NCBI GenBank assembly: GCA_054600435.1
Contig: BAAIJX010000004.1
Location: 372,001-436,000 of the forward strand
Direction: 5' to 3'
Length of the DNA: 64,000 nt
Source of the DNA: Neophaeotheca triangularis
Lineage: Eukaryota
This document shows, piece after piece, positions 1 to 12,800 of the stretch (within the stretch, counting starts at the first letter, position 1; every line of letters starts with the position of its first letter). The translations under genes were made by a program, and so were the position numbers. The notes under the pieces were generated by a model. The model saw only the letters and a list, made by a program, of their open reading frames with translations. It ran no database searches and was not told where the DNA came from.

Positions 1-2149
1 ACTTCCTCAAACCCAGCCCCCAGCCCTCTTCTGAACGCAAAACAGCACCAAAGCCACACTTTCCTTCCCCCTTCCCCTCTCCTACCTTGACCCCTCCTCG
101 CTTCTCCAAGCCCAACTCCACACGCTCTCTGGCAACCACATGCGCCTCAATATACACACACCCGTCCGCCTGCTCACGGCCCTCCGTCCGGTCCCGAAGC
201 CTGCTCGTCAAAAACGCTCCAAGCGCGACATCCGGGGCCCAGAAAAACAGTTCCCGCTCAAGGCGTCGTTGGGGAAGGACCCACAACTCCAGCTCCCAGG
301 TGGCTTTGAATTCGTTGAAGAGCTCAGGGAACTCGGCGCCTAGGACGCTGTCGTGGGGGTTGCTGAGGTGTGGGCAGAATTCCTCGCCGGTTTCTGAGGG
401 TGGGAGGTCGTAGGCTCGCGTTCGCTGGGGGAAGGGTTTGCTGAAAAATGGGGGAGAGGAGGGAGTGTTGAGACGGTTGATGTAGTGAACGGTGAGGCTG
501 ACGGTGTCGTGGGGACTGGGGCGCATGGGGGCAGGGGATGTGAAAGAGCGGCTGGTTTTGCGTGGGAGGAAGGGAACGCGGGCTTGGCATTCTCTTCGTA
601 TGTCGGCGGGGGATTGCTGGATGTGTGCTGGTGGTGGCAGGCCGACTTGCGCGGAGACTTCCTTGTGCTCTTGGGTTCGTGCCAGATGATGCCGGGGTCG
701 GTGATGGCGATGGGCAGGCCCTCCTCGGGGTCACCGATCGTGAAGTCGTCGAAGTCGAGCGCTGAGACTTGCAGGAATTTGTGCTGCTTGGTTCTCTCTG
801 AGGCGACGTATCTGAGGAGTACTAGGGTTGTGTCTTTTCGAAGTTGGTCAGAATTGGCTGTTGCTGTTGGGTTTGGGATACGTTGGAGATGGCCGACGAC
901 GATGTGTTCGTAATCAGATTCAACGGGTTGGTTCGAAGATCGTGAATCTGACCGTCCGCTTGTAGATGGCGTGTTGCATCGATCTGGTGAGCCACTGGCT
1001 CTAGCACTCGACGCACGCCTTGCTGAGGTAGACGGAGCGGGAGCGACGACTACATTCTCGCCCACATTGCTGTCGCGTGCGGCCTTCTGGTGACGAGGGT
1101 TATCGGTCGACTGCATAAAGCTGGAAGGCTCAGTGCGGCACGTTGAAGGGCGGTCGGGACTGCTAAGAGAACCTCCCGGAAGGAGTTCCCGGTCAAGTCT
1201 TCGATCGCCCATCCGCCACCCGCGCCATTGATCCCCCTGCTCGCCGCCATTGCCTCCCTCCTTGTAATAGTCGCCCTCATGGTCTTTGGAAGCCCTACGG
1301 GTGCGGTATGGACTTCGGTGCGGCTTAGGTGTCGACAAGACATTGGAACCGTTCTCTGCACTACCAAGTGCCTGTAGCAACGTCTGATCACCCCTGTGAC
1401 CGCCAGTGGCAATAGGAGAGCCGAACTGACCGGACAAGCTGGATAGACTGGAAGTCGTACGTAGCTGAGGATGCTGACTGCCAGGACTGGGGGCATAAGA
1501 TCCGACGCCCGGAGACCCAATTCTAGGCGATCCATACTAGGCAGCTTAGACGTGCTGACCTTCTTGGTCACACTCTGACCGAGTGGCGGGGACGATCGAC
1601 ATCGCTTGCCGCCATGATCTGGGGAAGGGCAAACAGCGGGCGAGCGACTGTAGGGACGTGGGGCGGGCGTTGAGGACCGAGTGTTCAAAGCAGTGGAAGA
1701 AAGGCTCTCGTTCGGGCAGTGTGATTTACGGAATACTTCTGCATTGGGCGTCTGGGGCTTGGATGCGGAAGCTGGGTTAGTGGGCGGAAACATTGTGGTG
1801 TGTGGGGTCTTTGATGATTGCATTCGGCTCCTTGACTGCGGTTGGTGGACGTCCTGGAACAAGTTTGGGTGGATCTCAAGGCGGGTCAGGGCGGGCGTTT
1901 CTGCGTGATGATGGTGGCGGCATTTGTTGAGGATGTGGAGGAGCAGTTGGCTGATCGTACGGTCCTTTTGGTTGCTCTGGCAGACCTTCTGGACCTGCCA
2001 TCGCATGTTGTTCAGGCAAATGGGACAAGGATGGAATTGAAGCGATGCGAGAGAGGCGAATGGTCTCGCTGAGCTGCGTTGTTTGGCGCAGCTGGTCTGC
2101 TGCGGTCTGACCCTGCGAAGGGGTCGCGCGGTGGAACTCGGGGAGCCAT
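1..2149 (-). pseudogene. Frame-disrupted hypothetical gene (Ser/Pro-rich) running off the window start
   Basis: An ATG in good context (aaaaccATGg) sits at 2149. Protein-like segments then hop between frames: ORFs 1876-2304, 1050-2006 and 340-1437, plus a third frame open from about 730 to base 1 (HDTVSLTVHYINRL...ELFNEFKATWELELWVLP). I found no convincing introns at the junctions. Confidence 0.4.
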
Positions 2150-2368
2150 GGTTTTACGTGATTGCTGGACTGACTCTGGTACGAAAGGAAGAGCAGTGTG
2201 ACAGATGCAGGGAAGGCCGGAAACGATACTTGTAGCTGGAATGCAGCTTGATGAAAAGGAGAAAGGAAGACTTGGTAGAACAAGCGAGAAGAAGTGCCCT
2301 CCACAACGTAAAAGCGAGTTGGGTATCATATGCACAAGTAGCTTCTCCGCCCTTTTAGCGCCGAATTC

Positions 2369-3172
2369 TTAGACGGCCCTGCTTTGATCTTGTCCAACGG
2401 CATGAGTAGGAATGGCAGCCTGTGCACCAGAAGCCGTAGGAAGCTCTCCCTTCTCCTGCTTCTTTTTCAGGTCTTCACCGTACTCCTCCCACAGCTCTTT
2501 CACCCCATGACCCTGGCAACACTCCCCAAACACCCTCTGCTGATCCCACTTACCCTTCCTCAAGCACTCGTTCATGTGTCGCACAGTACCCTCTCCGAAC
2601 CTCTGCTCCAAATACTCAAGGAAGTACCCTGTGTGCTGATAGCCAGCATCCCACTTTCCATCAGCATCTTGCTTCCAGTGCTTAGCACCCAAACCGGCTC
2701 GCAGCCTAACCCAATCAGCTACACCCTCGACCAGCCCACCTGGGCAGGAGTTTTCGGCATTCCATTGGAAGCAGTGGACCAGTTCGTGACACACAACGCC
2801 GAGGATCTCATCCCTCTCACAGCGTCTGATGTAATTGAGATTGACGTGGATTTCCTTATGATCTTCGTCCAAATCGCTACCGGTGGTGTAGGCCACTCCG
2901 TTCATGGATCTCAGTACTAAGGTAACGGACCGCGTGCCTGGACGGATCGAGTCTTTGGTGTAGAGTAGATTGAGAACATTCTCTACCTGCATGCTGACGT
3001 CTTCGTAACCTTTGACGCGAGATAAGAAGACGGAAGAACCTTCATGGCTGAGGTCATTGAGCTGAAGGCGAATCTTGGGGACCTGGAACTTGTGTTTGCG
3101 GATGGGCAGTGTTTGGGTGGTTGTGTCGTTGTCGGCTGAGCTGGATGGGGGGTTGTTGATGGCTGGAGACAT
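2369..3172 (-). CDS. Plant basic secretory protein (BSP)-family zinc peptidase-like protein
   Basis: Contains HExxH (CHELVH), GVAYTTG, PGGLVEGVADWVRL and WDAGYQHTGYFLEYLE. The start is placed at MSPAINN. Confidence 0.85.
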   Translation of the reverse strand: MSPAINNPPSSSADNDTTTQTLPIRKHKFQVPKIRLQLNDLSHEGSSVFLSRVKGYEDVSMQVENVLNLLYTKDSIRPGTRSVTLVLRSMNGVAYTTGSDLDEDHKEIHVNLNYIRRCERDEILGVVCHELVHCFQWNAENSCPGGLVEGVADWVRLRAGLGAKHWKQDADGKWDAGYQHTGYFLEYLEQRFGEGTVRHMNECLRKGKWDQQRVFGECCQGHGVKELWEEYGEDLKKKQEKGELPTASGAQAAIPTHAVGQDQSRAV

Positions 3173-3672
3173 GTTGGTCTGAAAGTAGGTTGGAACGGTC
3201 GGCATCGGGAGGTGAGAAGTGTCGGATGGGAAGAGGGGAGGGGCTTCTATATACACAGCAGGCAGTCAGTTGATAGAGAGTTGAGGCTTACTGGTAGATA
3301 GTAGTCATCTACGTGGAATGACCCTTGATTATGGGTGGTGCCGTCGACCTTACACGTCGTCGTCCAAGGTCGTCCGAACTGGCGGGAGTAGGAAAGTTCA
3401 TGCACCATGACGGCGGCCCGTCCGGGAAGGCACAGTGGGGGGCCATGCAAGCGATCCGATTCCGCGGATGCTGCTACACGCTAACCCCCCCGGGCAGTGC
3501 CTGGGCAACACGGACCCCACAAACGCGACTCAGGTGGCATAATAGTACAACAACCAAACATCAACATCGGCTTACCTCAACTTGACCCGATCTGCCTTTT
3601 TCCTCTGACAACCACCTTTGCTTTGCTCTGCCTCACGAATATCATTCCGCCACTGGCTCCGTTACGCTAGTC

Positions 3673-6600
3673 ATGGAGCAGCAAGCGGCAAATCTCATCA
3701 CAACCCTCAAGCGCACTGCTGCCTCATCCGACACGAAACTCAGCCAGCTAAACGCGCTCAAGAGCGACATCAAACACTACCGCGTGCCGGAGGGCGCCCA
3801 GGCCACTATATTTGATGCTCTACGCCTTGCCATATCACAGACCGCCTCCTCTACCATTGCGAACTCTGCCTTTTCTACTCTCGGTCACTTGATAAAGCGA
3901 CTGAAAATCCAAGATGCATCCGGCCACACCATCTCCCAGCTAGCGCCCCGTCTGCTCCCTGCCTTGCAGGACCGGCTGAGCGACCAGCGCGAAGCTCTAC
4001 GCTCGTCTGCCTCGCATGCCCTGACCGAACTTTGGCCTTTCGTCGGCAATGATGTGGAGCGCATAGTACGCGATGAGGCCATTGCCGGGTCGAATCCGCG
4101 CGCCAAGGAAGCTGGAATGCATTGGGTGGTGAAGATGCACAAGGAGGAGAATATGCCCTTCAAGAGTCATGTCTCACCCATTGTCTCTTGTCTTGAGTCA
4201 TCCGATGGTACCGTTAGAGAAGCTGCAAAAGCAACACTTGTGGAACTTTTCACCAACGCGCCAAATGGTGCCAAGGCCGACCTGAAGAAACAGCTCAAGG
4301 CGCATTCAGTACGGCATTCGATTGAGACTCAGCTACTAGAACAAATCGGAGGCACCACTTCTTCTAGACCAGCAACCGGGCGAGCGCCTGCAGCTGAGCA
4401 AGAGATGGACATGGGAGCTTCCACCGCGTCGTTGCCGAATTTCGACCATGTTGCACACTTCAAGGAGACGATCCTCAGCGAAGAAGCCAAGCCGCCTCCA
4501 CCAGAAACCGTCCCCATGGATCCGGTTTACATACACTCCCAACGTGAATGCGACGACGCTTTTTCAGACATGCTACCCTTCTTCGAGGGCAAGGAGACGG
4601 AGGGAAACTGGATGAACAGGGACAAGTCTGTCCTCAAGCTGCGGAGAATGACGAAGGGCAACGCCCCGAACGAATATCACAGGTTGTTCATGGCCGGCAT
4701 AAAGAGCATGGTAGAGGGCATATTGAAGGTAGCGAACTCGCTGAGGACGACAATGTCGACAAATGGCTGTCAACTTGTGCAAGAGCTGGCCAAGACTCTG
4801 GGACCTGCGCTGGACCCGCACGTCGAGATGTTTCTCCAGTCGTTCATCAAAATGAGCGCGTCCACCAAGCACATTGCTTCGGAGAATGGCACAAACACCG
4901 CAGACGCAATCTTTCAGAACGTGTCCTACAACAACAGATTGATGCAGCATGTTTGGTCTGCGGCACAAGACAAGAATGCTCAGACAAGGCAATCTGCCAC
5001 CATTTGGCTGAGAAGTATTCTAAGACGCCAGGCGAACTACAAATCGCAATTTCAAAGCTCTGGCGGGCTCGAACATGCGGAAAAGTGTATTAAGAAGGGC
5101 ATCGACGATGCCAACCCTAAAGTCAAAGAGGGCGCAAGGGCAAGCTACTGGCTGTTTGCACGCGGCTGGCCTGATCGCGCCGAAGCCATCATGAACAGCC
5201 TTGACCCAAAGTCGAAGAACCTGCTTGAGAAGGACCCAAACAACCCCAACAAGTCGGCCGCTTCATCCCAGGGCAGCGGTACCACTACTGCGTCAAAACC
5301 GCCGGCAGGACGGTCAGCTCTGAAGGAGATGATGGCTGCCCAGAAAAAGGCTAAGATGCAGGGTCGGATGCCCGAAAGGCCTGGGTCAGCAATGGCAGCG
5401 TTGTCACCCTCGAAGCCCAAGCCTAGCAGCAACCTAAACAGCTCCCACAATCGCGCACCGTCAAATTTGTCGCAGTCCAGTAGAGGCGAGGCGAGGGTTC
5501 CTTCTGCTGCGTCCACTACGTCCAATGGTGGCGGGTCGACCGCTTCTGGCAGCACAGCTAAAGGGGGCTCTTTGATGTCGGGGCCTCTCCGACGACCACG
5601 TAGACCGGAGATCAAGCGGCCACAGACTGCAGAGCCTTACGCCTCTCAACGACTGCTGAGACCAGAAACGCCTGCCAACCATAGCCCTGTGAACAGCCCG
5701 CCTAAAGGTATGGGTACCGGTGCTTCAAAGTCTTCTATACCTACCCCAAGGAGTCGAACGCACACCATGGATGCTGCGATAAGCCCAACTGCTAGTGCAC
5801 CGAAACAGGATCCGTCAGCAGCGCTAAGTCAGGATCAGCAAAGACCCGCGAGCCATGGAAGCAACGGCACACATGGCGAAGAGCAAGCTGACGATTTCAC
5901 TATGGTTCTGCCACACAGAAGCAACATCACTACCGTAAGGGGCCACGACCACCGTCCGCCCATGGCACAAACAATGTCTGTCGATAGCGGACTTCCCACT
6001 ACAGCTGAAGAAGACGGCTTCACCATGGTGATGCCCAACCTCAACACCCAACCTCGTTCACGAGGAGCTTCGCCAAACGCCCAGCGCAAGCCAATGAAGC
6101 AGCTGATAGAAGAGGCCCGCCTACGAGCAAGCGACGCGAATACCCGACCAGGCTCTTCTCAACAACGCTCGCGTGATCCTTCCCACTCTCCAGCCATCGA
6201 AATGCCTCCCCAACGCCCCTCGCGTCGGGGAAGCCCAGTCAAGGCCGCCACACCACAACCTGAAGTACAAATCTACGAAGACCCCTTCACAGCCGAGGCG
6301 ACATCGTCTCAACCTACTCCGCGCACGGAAGAAAACCGGGCCGTCCTCTCCGAACTTCCCGTAAACGAGAACGTCCGCGTACAATCTCCGACCCAGAGCA
6401 TTGGCTCCAGCCAATCCCCAGCAAGCAGCCCTCAGCGGCCATCTCAGTCGCGCTCTCCCGCCCCAATTCCTTCCAACTCCAACACCGTTACCACCAACAC
6501 CGACGGAGCCGCTAGCACAACCAGTTCCACCCCGCAAACCCCCCAGGACCGCGCCGAAGCCCTCCGCAACCGCCGCCTCCTCGAGTCCGGCATTACCCGC

Positions 6601-7359
6601 ATCCGCACACGTCAACTCGACGCTCACGGGTTCCGGCGGGTACAGGAACTCGCCAAAACGCAGATCCCCGAAACATGGGACGGCGGACGTCTCTTCGACG
6701 AACTGTTAAGCGTGTTGCTCGAGTACCTCGTCCAGACCTTCGCAACCCCCGCACCCGAATCCAAAACCAGCAGCCTCCAAACCCAAGCCCTCGCCCTCGT
6801 GCGCGCTCTTCTAGTCCTCCAACGCAAATACGCTAGCGGCTGGTACGCCAAAGCCCTGGAGGCAACCCTAAGCTGCCGCCAACACGTCGAAAGCGGCAGC
6901 AACAGTAGCAGCCAACTCATCGACGAACTCCAACGGACCAGCGACGAAATCCTCAAAACCGTCGCCACCAACCCTCTAGCCCGTGAAGCCTGTTCAACCA
7001 GCGTGCTCGATTTCCTCGAAACCGAAACCCCCCTCCCCGCCGCCCCGGGCCAAGACGCAGCTTCCGCTTTCGCGCTTAACACCCTCCACGCCCTCGTCCC
7101 GGCTCCTCCGGACTCTCTCCCCGAACCCCAGCTCTCTCGCGCCATAGCAACAGCGGCCAAGTCCCTCTCTTCTCCTTCCCCGGATGTGCGCAAAGCCGCT
7201 ACGGAGTTTGCGGCCGAGTTGTACGCGCTGCTGGTTGCGGGAGAGGCGCAGGAGGAGGAGGAGCAGGGTAAGGCGGTTTTTTGGAAAGGGTTCCAGGGCG
7301 TCGAGGAGGGGAGGTTGGCGTTGTTGACGTATTATATTGCGAGGAGGGGGTTGGCGTGA
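3673..7359 (+). CDS. STU1: CLASP-family microtubule plus-end protein Stu1
   Basis: Intronless 1228-aa ORF with HEAT/TOG-like N-terminal domains (FFEGKETEGNW, SLRTTMSTNGCQLV, DANPKVKEGARASYW), a Ser/Pro-rich middle and a C-terminal LLTYYIARR. Confidence 0.9.
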   Translation: MEQQAANLITTLKRTAASSDTKLSQLNALKSDIKHYRVPEGAQATIFDALRLAISQTASSTIANSAFSTLGHLIKRLKIQDASGHTISQLAPRLLPALQDRLSDQREALRSSASHALTELWPFVGNDVERIVRDEAIAGSNPRAKEAGMHWVVKMHKEENMPFKSHVSPIVSCLESSDGTVREAAKATLVELFTNAPNGAKADLKKQLKAHSVRHSIETQLLEQIGGTTSSRPATGRAPAAEQEMDMGASTASLPNFDHVAHFKETILSEEAKPPPPETVPMDPVYIHSQRECDDAFSDMLPFFEGKETEGNWMNRDKSVLKLRRMTKGNAPNEYHRLFMAGIKSMVEGILKVANSLRTTMSTNGCQLVQELAKTLGPALDPHVEMFLQSFIKMSASTKHIASENGTNTADAIFQNVSYNNRLMQHVWSAAQDKNAQTRQSATIWLRSILRRQANYKSQFQSSGGLEHAEKCIKKGIDDANPKVKEGARASYWLFARGWPDRAEAIMNSLDPKSKNLLEKDPNNPNKSAASSQGSGTTTASKPPAGRSALKEMMAAQKKAKMQGRMPERPGSAMAALSPSKPKPSSNLNSSHNRAPSNLSQSSRGEARVPSAASTTSNGGGSTASGSTAKGGSLMSGPLRRPRRPEIKRPQTAEPYASQRLLRPETPANHSPVNSPPKGMGTGASKSSIPTPRSRTHTMDAAISPTASAPKQDPSAALSQDQQRPASHGSNGTHGEEQADDFTMVLPHRSNITTVRGHDHRPPMAQTMSVDSGLPTTAEEDGFTMVMPNLNTQPRSRGASPNAQRKPMKQLIEEARLRASDANTRPGSSQQRSRDPSHSPAIEMPPQRPSRRGSPVKAATPQPEVQIYEDPFTAEATSSQPTPRTEENRAVLSELPVNENVRVQSPTQSIGSSQSPASSPQRPSQSRSPAPIPSNSNTVTTNTDGAASTTSSTPQTPQDRAEALRNRRLLESGITRIRTRQLDAHGFRRVQELAKTQIPETWDGGRLFDELLSVLLEYLVQTFATPAPESKTSSLQTQALALVRALLVLQRKYASGWYAKALEATLSCRQHVESGSNSSSQLIDELQRTSDEILKTVATNPLAREACSTSVLDFLETETPLPAAPGQDAASAFALNTLHALVPAPPDSLPEPQLSRAIATAAKSLSSPSPDVRKAATEFAAELYALLVAGEAQEEEEQGKAVFWKGFQGVEEGRLALLTYYIARRGLA

Positions 7360-7511
7360 TGGGGATGAGAGGCGTGGATCGCATTGGCTTGGGCTGGGTT
7401 TTTTCGGTTGAGAGCGAGCGAGGCATTTGAGGCGGTCGAGGTTTGGGGTTCTCGTGTATTATTGATGCATTGAGCGTGTTTGGATGGGCTTGCATTGTTG
7501 GGCGTGGAATC

Positions 7512-7539
7512 ATGGATGGATGGATGGATGGATGGATGG
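7512..7539. repeat. (ATGG)7 microsatellite
   Basis: Read directly from the sequence. Confidence 0.95.
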
Positions 7540-8502
7540 GGGGATGAAGGGACGAACGGACAGACGGACGGCGTTGGCGGGTACGTCGTTTGATATGTAC
7601 TGTACTCTATTTGTGCACGAGGGCCTCTTCTTGTCGTATAGCAGGAAGCTCTCTTTCTTTTTCCCACCGTCGATTCCATTTTCGTAGTCAAAATGTCTTT
7701 GGCTAAAAACTGCACCGCATCGCCTGCCCATGTACCTGCATATCGTCGGCGAGTGCTGTACGTTCCCCTTGTCTCCTCATCAGCCCTTCGCCTTCGGCCA
7801 GCGAGTCCAAAAAAAAAAAAAAGAAAAAAACCTCCCAGCTCCATCACCCTCAACCACGATACCTACATAGTAGTTCTACATACCTTATTCAATCCCTTTT
7901 TTCCTCCATCAGTAACGTAAGCAGGAACCCCCAAAAAATAAAAAAAAATAAAAAACCAAAGAACTCAAGGTCCAAACCCGACAAACCGGGTCTCCAAGTT
8001 CGCATTCCATAGGTATTTTGAGTTTCGCCATCTGCCCAATCGAGCGCATCGTATTTCGGGCTCTTCGGGAAGCTAGGCAGGTACCTGGTACTAGGTAAGG
8101 TAGGTTTGGGTGGGGTGGCGGTGCTGAACGGGAGCTGATAACTAGTTAATGATGAGCTGCTTACCTTGGGCTAAGGCTGCTGATGAACTGTTGTGGGCCC
8201 GTGGCAGTATTAATAATGAGTGGACTCTGTAATCAGTACGAGAAGTTGATTGGGATTATTCGTTAGATTGGATGTTGAGCTGTGTTTTTTATCAATGCCA
8301 AAGGCGAGGGGAAATGGTGATAACGTGGGAAATGGTGGTTTGCGAGAGTGGCTCGCTGAGTCGCTCGTGGCGGATTATTTGGATTTATTATGAGGTATCG
8401 ATGTGCTTGTTAGCTTTGCTAGTGCCTCTGGAGTGCTGTAGTCTATATGCAGTGCATGGCTTTGATTATTACTTTTATTTTATTTTTTGTGCCTCAGTTC
8501 TA

Positions 8503-8550
8503 GTGCTGGTGCTGGTGCTGGTGCTGGTGCTGGTGCTGGTGCTGGTGCTG
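8503..8550. repeat. (GTGCTG)8 microsatellite
   Basis: Read directly from the sequence. Confidence 0.95.
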
Positions 8551-9846
8551 CATCGTGGCTTCACCAGCTTTATCGTTTCGACTCAAAGGCTCTGGCCTCT
8601 GGTGGTCTAGGCTGAAGATACAGCACCTTGGATGTGTTTCGCATTCCCGCGACCCTGAAAGCACGCTTTATTTCCGCACAGTTGAACGTGTGTGCCTGTC
8701 GGCGTCGCGTCGTTGTCGTTGTCGTTGTTGCTGTTGTGTCACCTATTTGTCGCGAATGTTTCCTTTCATCAAGGCGCACAGGATCTGGAAATGGTGGCGG
8801 TTGTGTGATTCAGGCACAAGGGGGCCGGGGGGGAGGGAAATTGCAATGGCGGCCACGCGACTGTTGCACTGCGAGTGCGACTAGCTAGTACCGACTACTA
8901 CTACTACCTAACATTAAGATAGGTACTTAAGGTCTGTGTCATGGCACTGTACAAGTATCCATTGTCAGGTCGTGGACTACTACTGCGTGAATCGGATGGA
9001 TTTGGATGTACTGTAACTTCCATTAGTCGGTAGTGTGGTGAGAGGTTAGTATAATAGGGCGAGAAAGGTGTTTGACTGTATGTTGTTGAAATTGGAGGGG
9101 AAAGGATGGGTTGTTTGATGTCTAGTCCAGATACTACCGTATGTAACCACTACTATATACCTTAATACCTAATCTGACGATATGTTTCATGTGACTAACC
9201 TGGTGAAGACGGTGAGTTTTGCCGTACCTTACCGTATGGCTACATTAATATTACTTTTCTTACAGTTGTGTACTTGTACATAAGTTACCAAAAGGGATCG
9301 GACTATGTAGTCTGGAGCTTGACGTCGCAGCGTAGGAGGAGGTACCTTGTTTCTTGGCATTACCCATCTGCCCGCCCGCCTTTCCATTGCAACAAGCCGT
9401 TCCGATTCCTCCTCCACTGCTGCATACCAGAGCAGCCATCACGAGCCATCCATACTAACTAGCAAGAATCCCTTACCACCTACCTACCTTGGGTAGTAGT
9501 CCTACCTTACCTTACTCTCCATTCGCTTGCTTGCTCCCTCGTTTCTTATACCCCATTACCCGGCTTTGGTCCACAACTCACAGGTGCATGTTTCCCACGC
9601 AGCGCAATCATCGCTGTGCATTGCCGATGCTTGCGTACATGTTGTCTTGCACCTGAAACCACGCCCTTTTACGATTACGAGAGCATCTACACATCAACAA
9701 TACCACAACCCCTTCGGACCGCCCTCTCCATCAACACCTCACCTCACCTCACCACATCGTCCCCGCCGCACCCCCGCCTGACCGACCAACACTCATCGGC
9801 GCATGCGCCATTGAGCACATCCCCCACAGGCCGAGAGGACTGCAAC

Positions 9847-12800
9847 ATGGCTTCCGTCATGGAGTACCCCGAGTCCCCCAGCGAGGAGCAAGAGGCTGTC
9901 TTTCCCTGCAAAGGCTGCGGTGATGTGAGTGCCTACATCCACCCTCCCTCTAACAAATACAGAACAAGCTGACAATGTGCGCATAGATCCTCGAAGAAGG
10001 CAAGGCATTTGAGCTTGGTGAGTACCCACACATACCAGACCCAACCTCACCTCCACCCTTCCATTCTAACTTCAATCCTCCAGCCGGGAATCGTTGGCAC
10101 ATTGACTGTTTCCGCTGCAATACCTGCGGCACCCTCCTCGACTCCGATGCGAACCTGCTCTTGCTCGGTGACGGCTCCCTGATCTGTAACAACTGCACCT
10201 ATAGCTGCAATGCGTGCGGTAACAAGATTGAAGACTTGGCTATTCTGACCGGAGACCAGGCCTTTTGTGCTAGCTGTTTCCGCTGTCGCAACTGCAAGAG
10301 GAAGATTGAGAACTTGCGCTATGCCCGCACTTCCCAAGGCATCTTCTGCATGTCTTGTCACGAGAGCTTGATGGCGAGACGGAGGAAAAAGGCAAAGACA
10401 ACGACAAAAGTGCCGTCGAATGCTGGTACGCCTTCTGTTGAAAAAGCACTGCCGTCCCTGCCGCCAGGTGCCGCCCCAGACAGCAATTTCATGCCGGAAA
10501 TGGAGGGACCGCCCGCAGACGCCCACGGCGCAGGCTCCGGTGTGAAGTCGCCTCCGGAAAGGCAATTGAAATCCAAGAGGGACGCGTCGAGCAGCAACTT
10601 GAAGAGAGATGTGTCGCCCATGTCGGACGAGGCGCGCAGAGGTGGGTTCACAGACGCCTTGTGGCTGAAACAGTATAACGACAAGATTGACATGTCTACA
10701 GATGGTCCGACACTTCCCGCGAGCACTTACAAAGATGCCAGGTCCTCGAACACTTCACCAAACGCCGAAGACGATGAAGAGCAAGGATATCTGCCCATGG
10801 CATACGATCCCAACCCCGCCCCGGGACCACCACCAGGACTGCCAGCCCGGAAGCGGGTGCCCGCGCCAGTCAATCCGTCACCACCTGCTCAGCAAGACGG
10901 TCGGCCGCCTCGCGATTACTTCAGCGGACGTCTCGGTGCTAAGGCGGCTTCGCGAGATCGATCGCGCGATGAGCACAGGCCTTCGTCTGCACAATCCAGT
11001 TCGACCGAGCGAGACCCTGCGAGTCAAGCAAAGGCGAGCCCGCACATTGCTTATCAGGAAAAGGGTCGCGTCAAGAAGCGCGAGACATCGGGGTACAACA
11101 CTCCGGCTTCTCAAGCGCAATCGCCTAGTATTGCCAGTCAGCAGGAGAAGCTCGATCGACCGAAGCCACAGCATCTTGATACTGGCTCCTATACGCTACA
11201 CCGAAATGAAGGCTTCAAGTTGCAAGAGGTCCCCAAGTCGAAAAAGGCAAGCTCGCGGAGCAGCTCGAGGGTTGGGGGCGCTTCCCCCGTTTCACCAGAT
11301 GTCCAATCTGGGAGCGACTCCAAGAAAGAGGACAGTGCGGACAATCAGATTTCGAGATCGCCAGTGTCATTGGATAGCGGACATTCTGGTGTCAACCCAT
11401 TCGATGATCCGAAGCGTAAAGAAGGCTCCAACTCAAGCGCTGCCCCGATGCCTCCTGCCCGCCACGCGGATCGACCAGTGCGTGGAGATTCGTTGGCTGC
11501 TTCTACCCAGAAGCAGCCAGCCTCCCCCAGACGCAGTGCTCCAGAACCTCCCACGCCTGCCAACGCGGCCATGCAACCTCCGACCGGTCACGGCCGCAAC
11601 CAGTCAACCTCCTCGATTCCATCTTTGAGCCGCGATCACCTCACTACAAAGGGCGCTGAGTCCTCGACTCCCGTCCGCAGCAGCTTCGATGCGCCACCAC
11701 CGCGCAACTCAAGCCGTACAACGGCTCCTAGTAAATCTGTCGCGAACGGAGACTTTATCGCACCTCGAGCGCCGCCTCTTCCACCTTCCGCCTCAAACGA
11801 CCGTCACAAGCACAGCGAGTCCTACGGCACATCCCATAGCAGTAATTTGGGCGGAGAAGGACGGATGTCCCCACCTATGCGCAGCGCTGGGTTGCCGAAA
11901 CACAGCGCAGACAGTGGGCTGTCCATGGAGGAAGAGATGGCGCGGATACTACGTGGCGAAAATAATAACAAGAGAAGCACGCGTGAAGGGACCGAAGGAA
12001 CAGGTGGCTCAGGAACAGGTGGCTCGGTTATGCGCCGGGTATCCAACGCCGTCAAGCACGGTCGTAGCTTCAGCGATCGAGGACTGCACTCTTCTTCTGG
12101 AAAATCTGGGCACGGAACGAATGGATCGTTGGACATCAGCTCCCCAGTGACGATCAGCAGTCCTGTGATGTCCTCGCCTTCGGCTGGGGAAGGCATCGAG
12201 CAGCTGAGGGCTCAATTACGACGTGCGCAGGCTAAGGTAGCAGAGCTCGAGGCGGAGAAGAACGTACTGGAAGACAAGGTTAACAGCTCGAGCGAGATCA
12301 AGCAGGCCAACTCAGAACTGCGCGAGAAACGCTCTACCATGGCTTTCCTGGATACGCAGCGTGACATGGTGGTTCGCGAGTTGGAAGTAATGACTGAGCA
12401 TCTGGCCAAAGCCAAGGATAACAGCCAGCCCCTCGATCTGTCCTCTTTACAGAATAGCATCCTTAAGGATTTTGCCGAGTCTCTCAGGAAGCTAAAGGAC
12501 CAGATGGGCTCGCAGATTGAGGACTTGATGCAGAAGCGTAACGAGCTTACAGATGAGATTACGAGTCTGATCCAGATGAAGGACAAGGGATTCTCCGAGT
12601 ATGAAGCGCTTTCGAACAAGAACGCGCAGCTGCTGGAAATGAACAACAGTTTAGTTCATAGCATTCAGGACGTCTACAAGGCGAACCGCGGAGCCAATGG
12701 CACTTCCAACTCCATGGATGTGAAACGGGATGCCACGGGCAATGGTCTAGGTATTTATCACCCACACGCCAAGCCAGACACTCCCACCACGGAAGTACGC

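Noticed and set aside
8140..8230. Possible C/D-box snoRNA (ATGATGA...CTGA)
   Set aside because: The boxes are too close together, with no terminal stem or recognisable guide.
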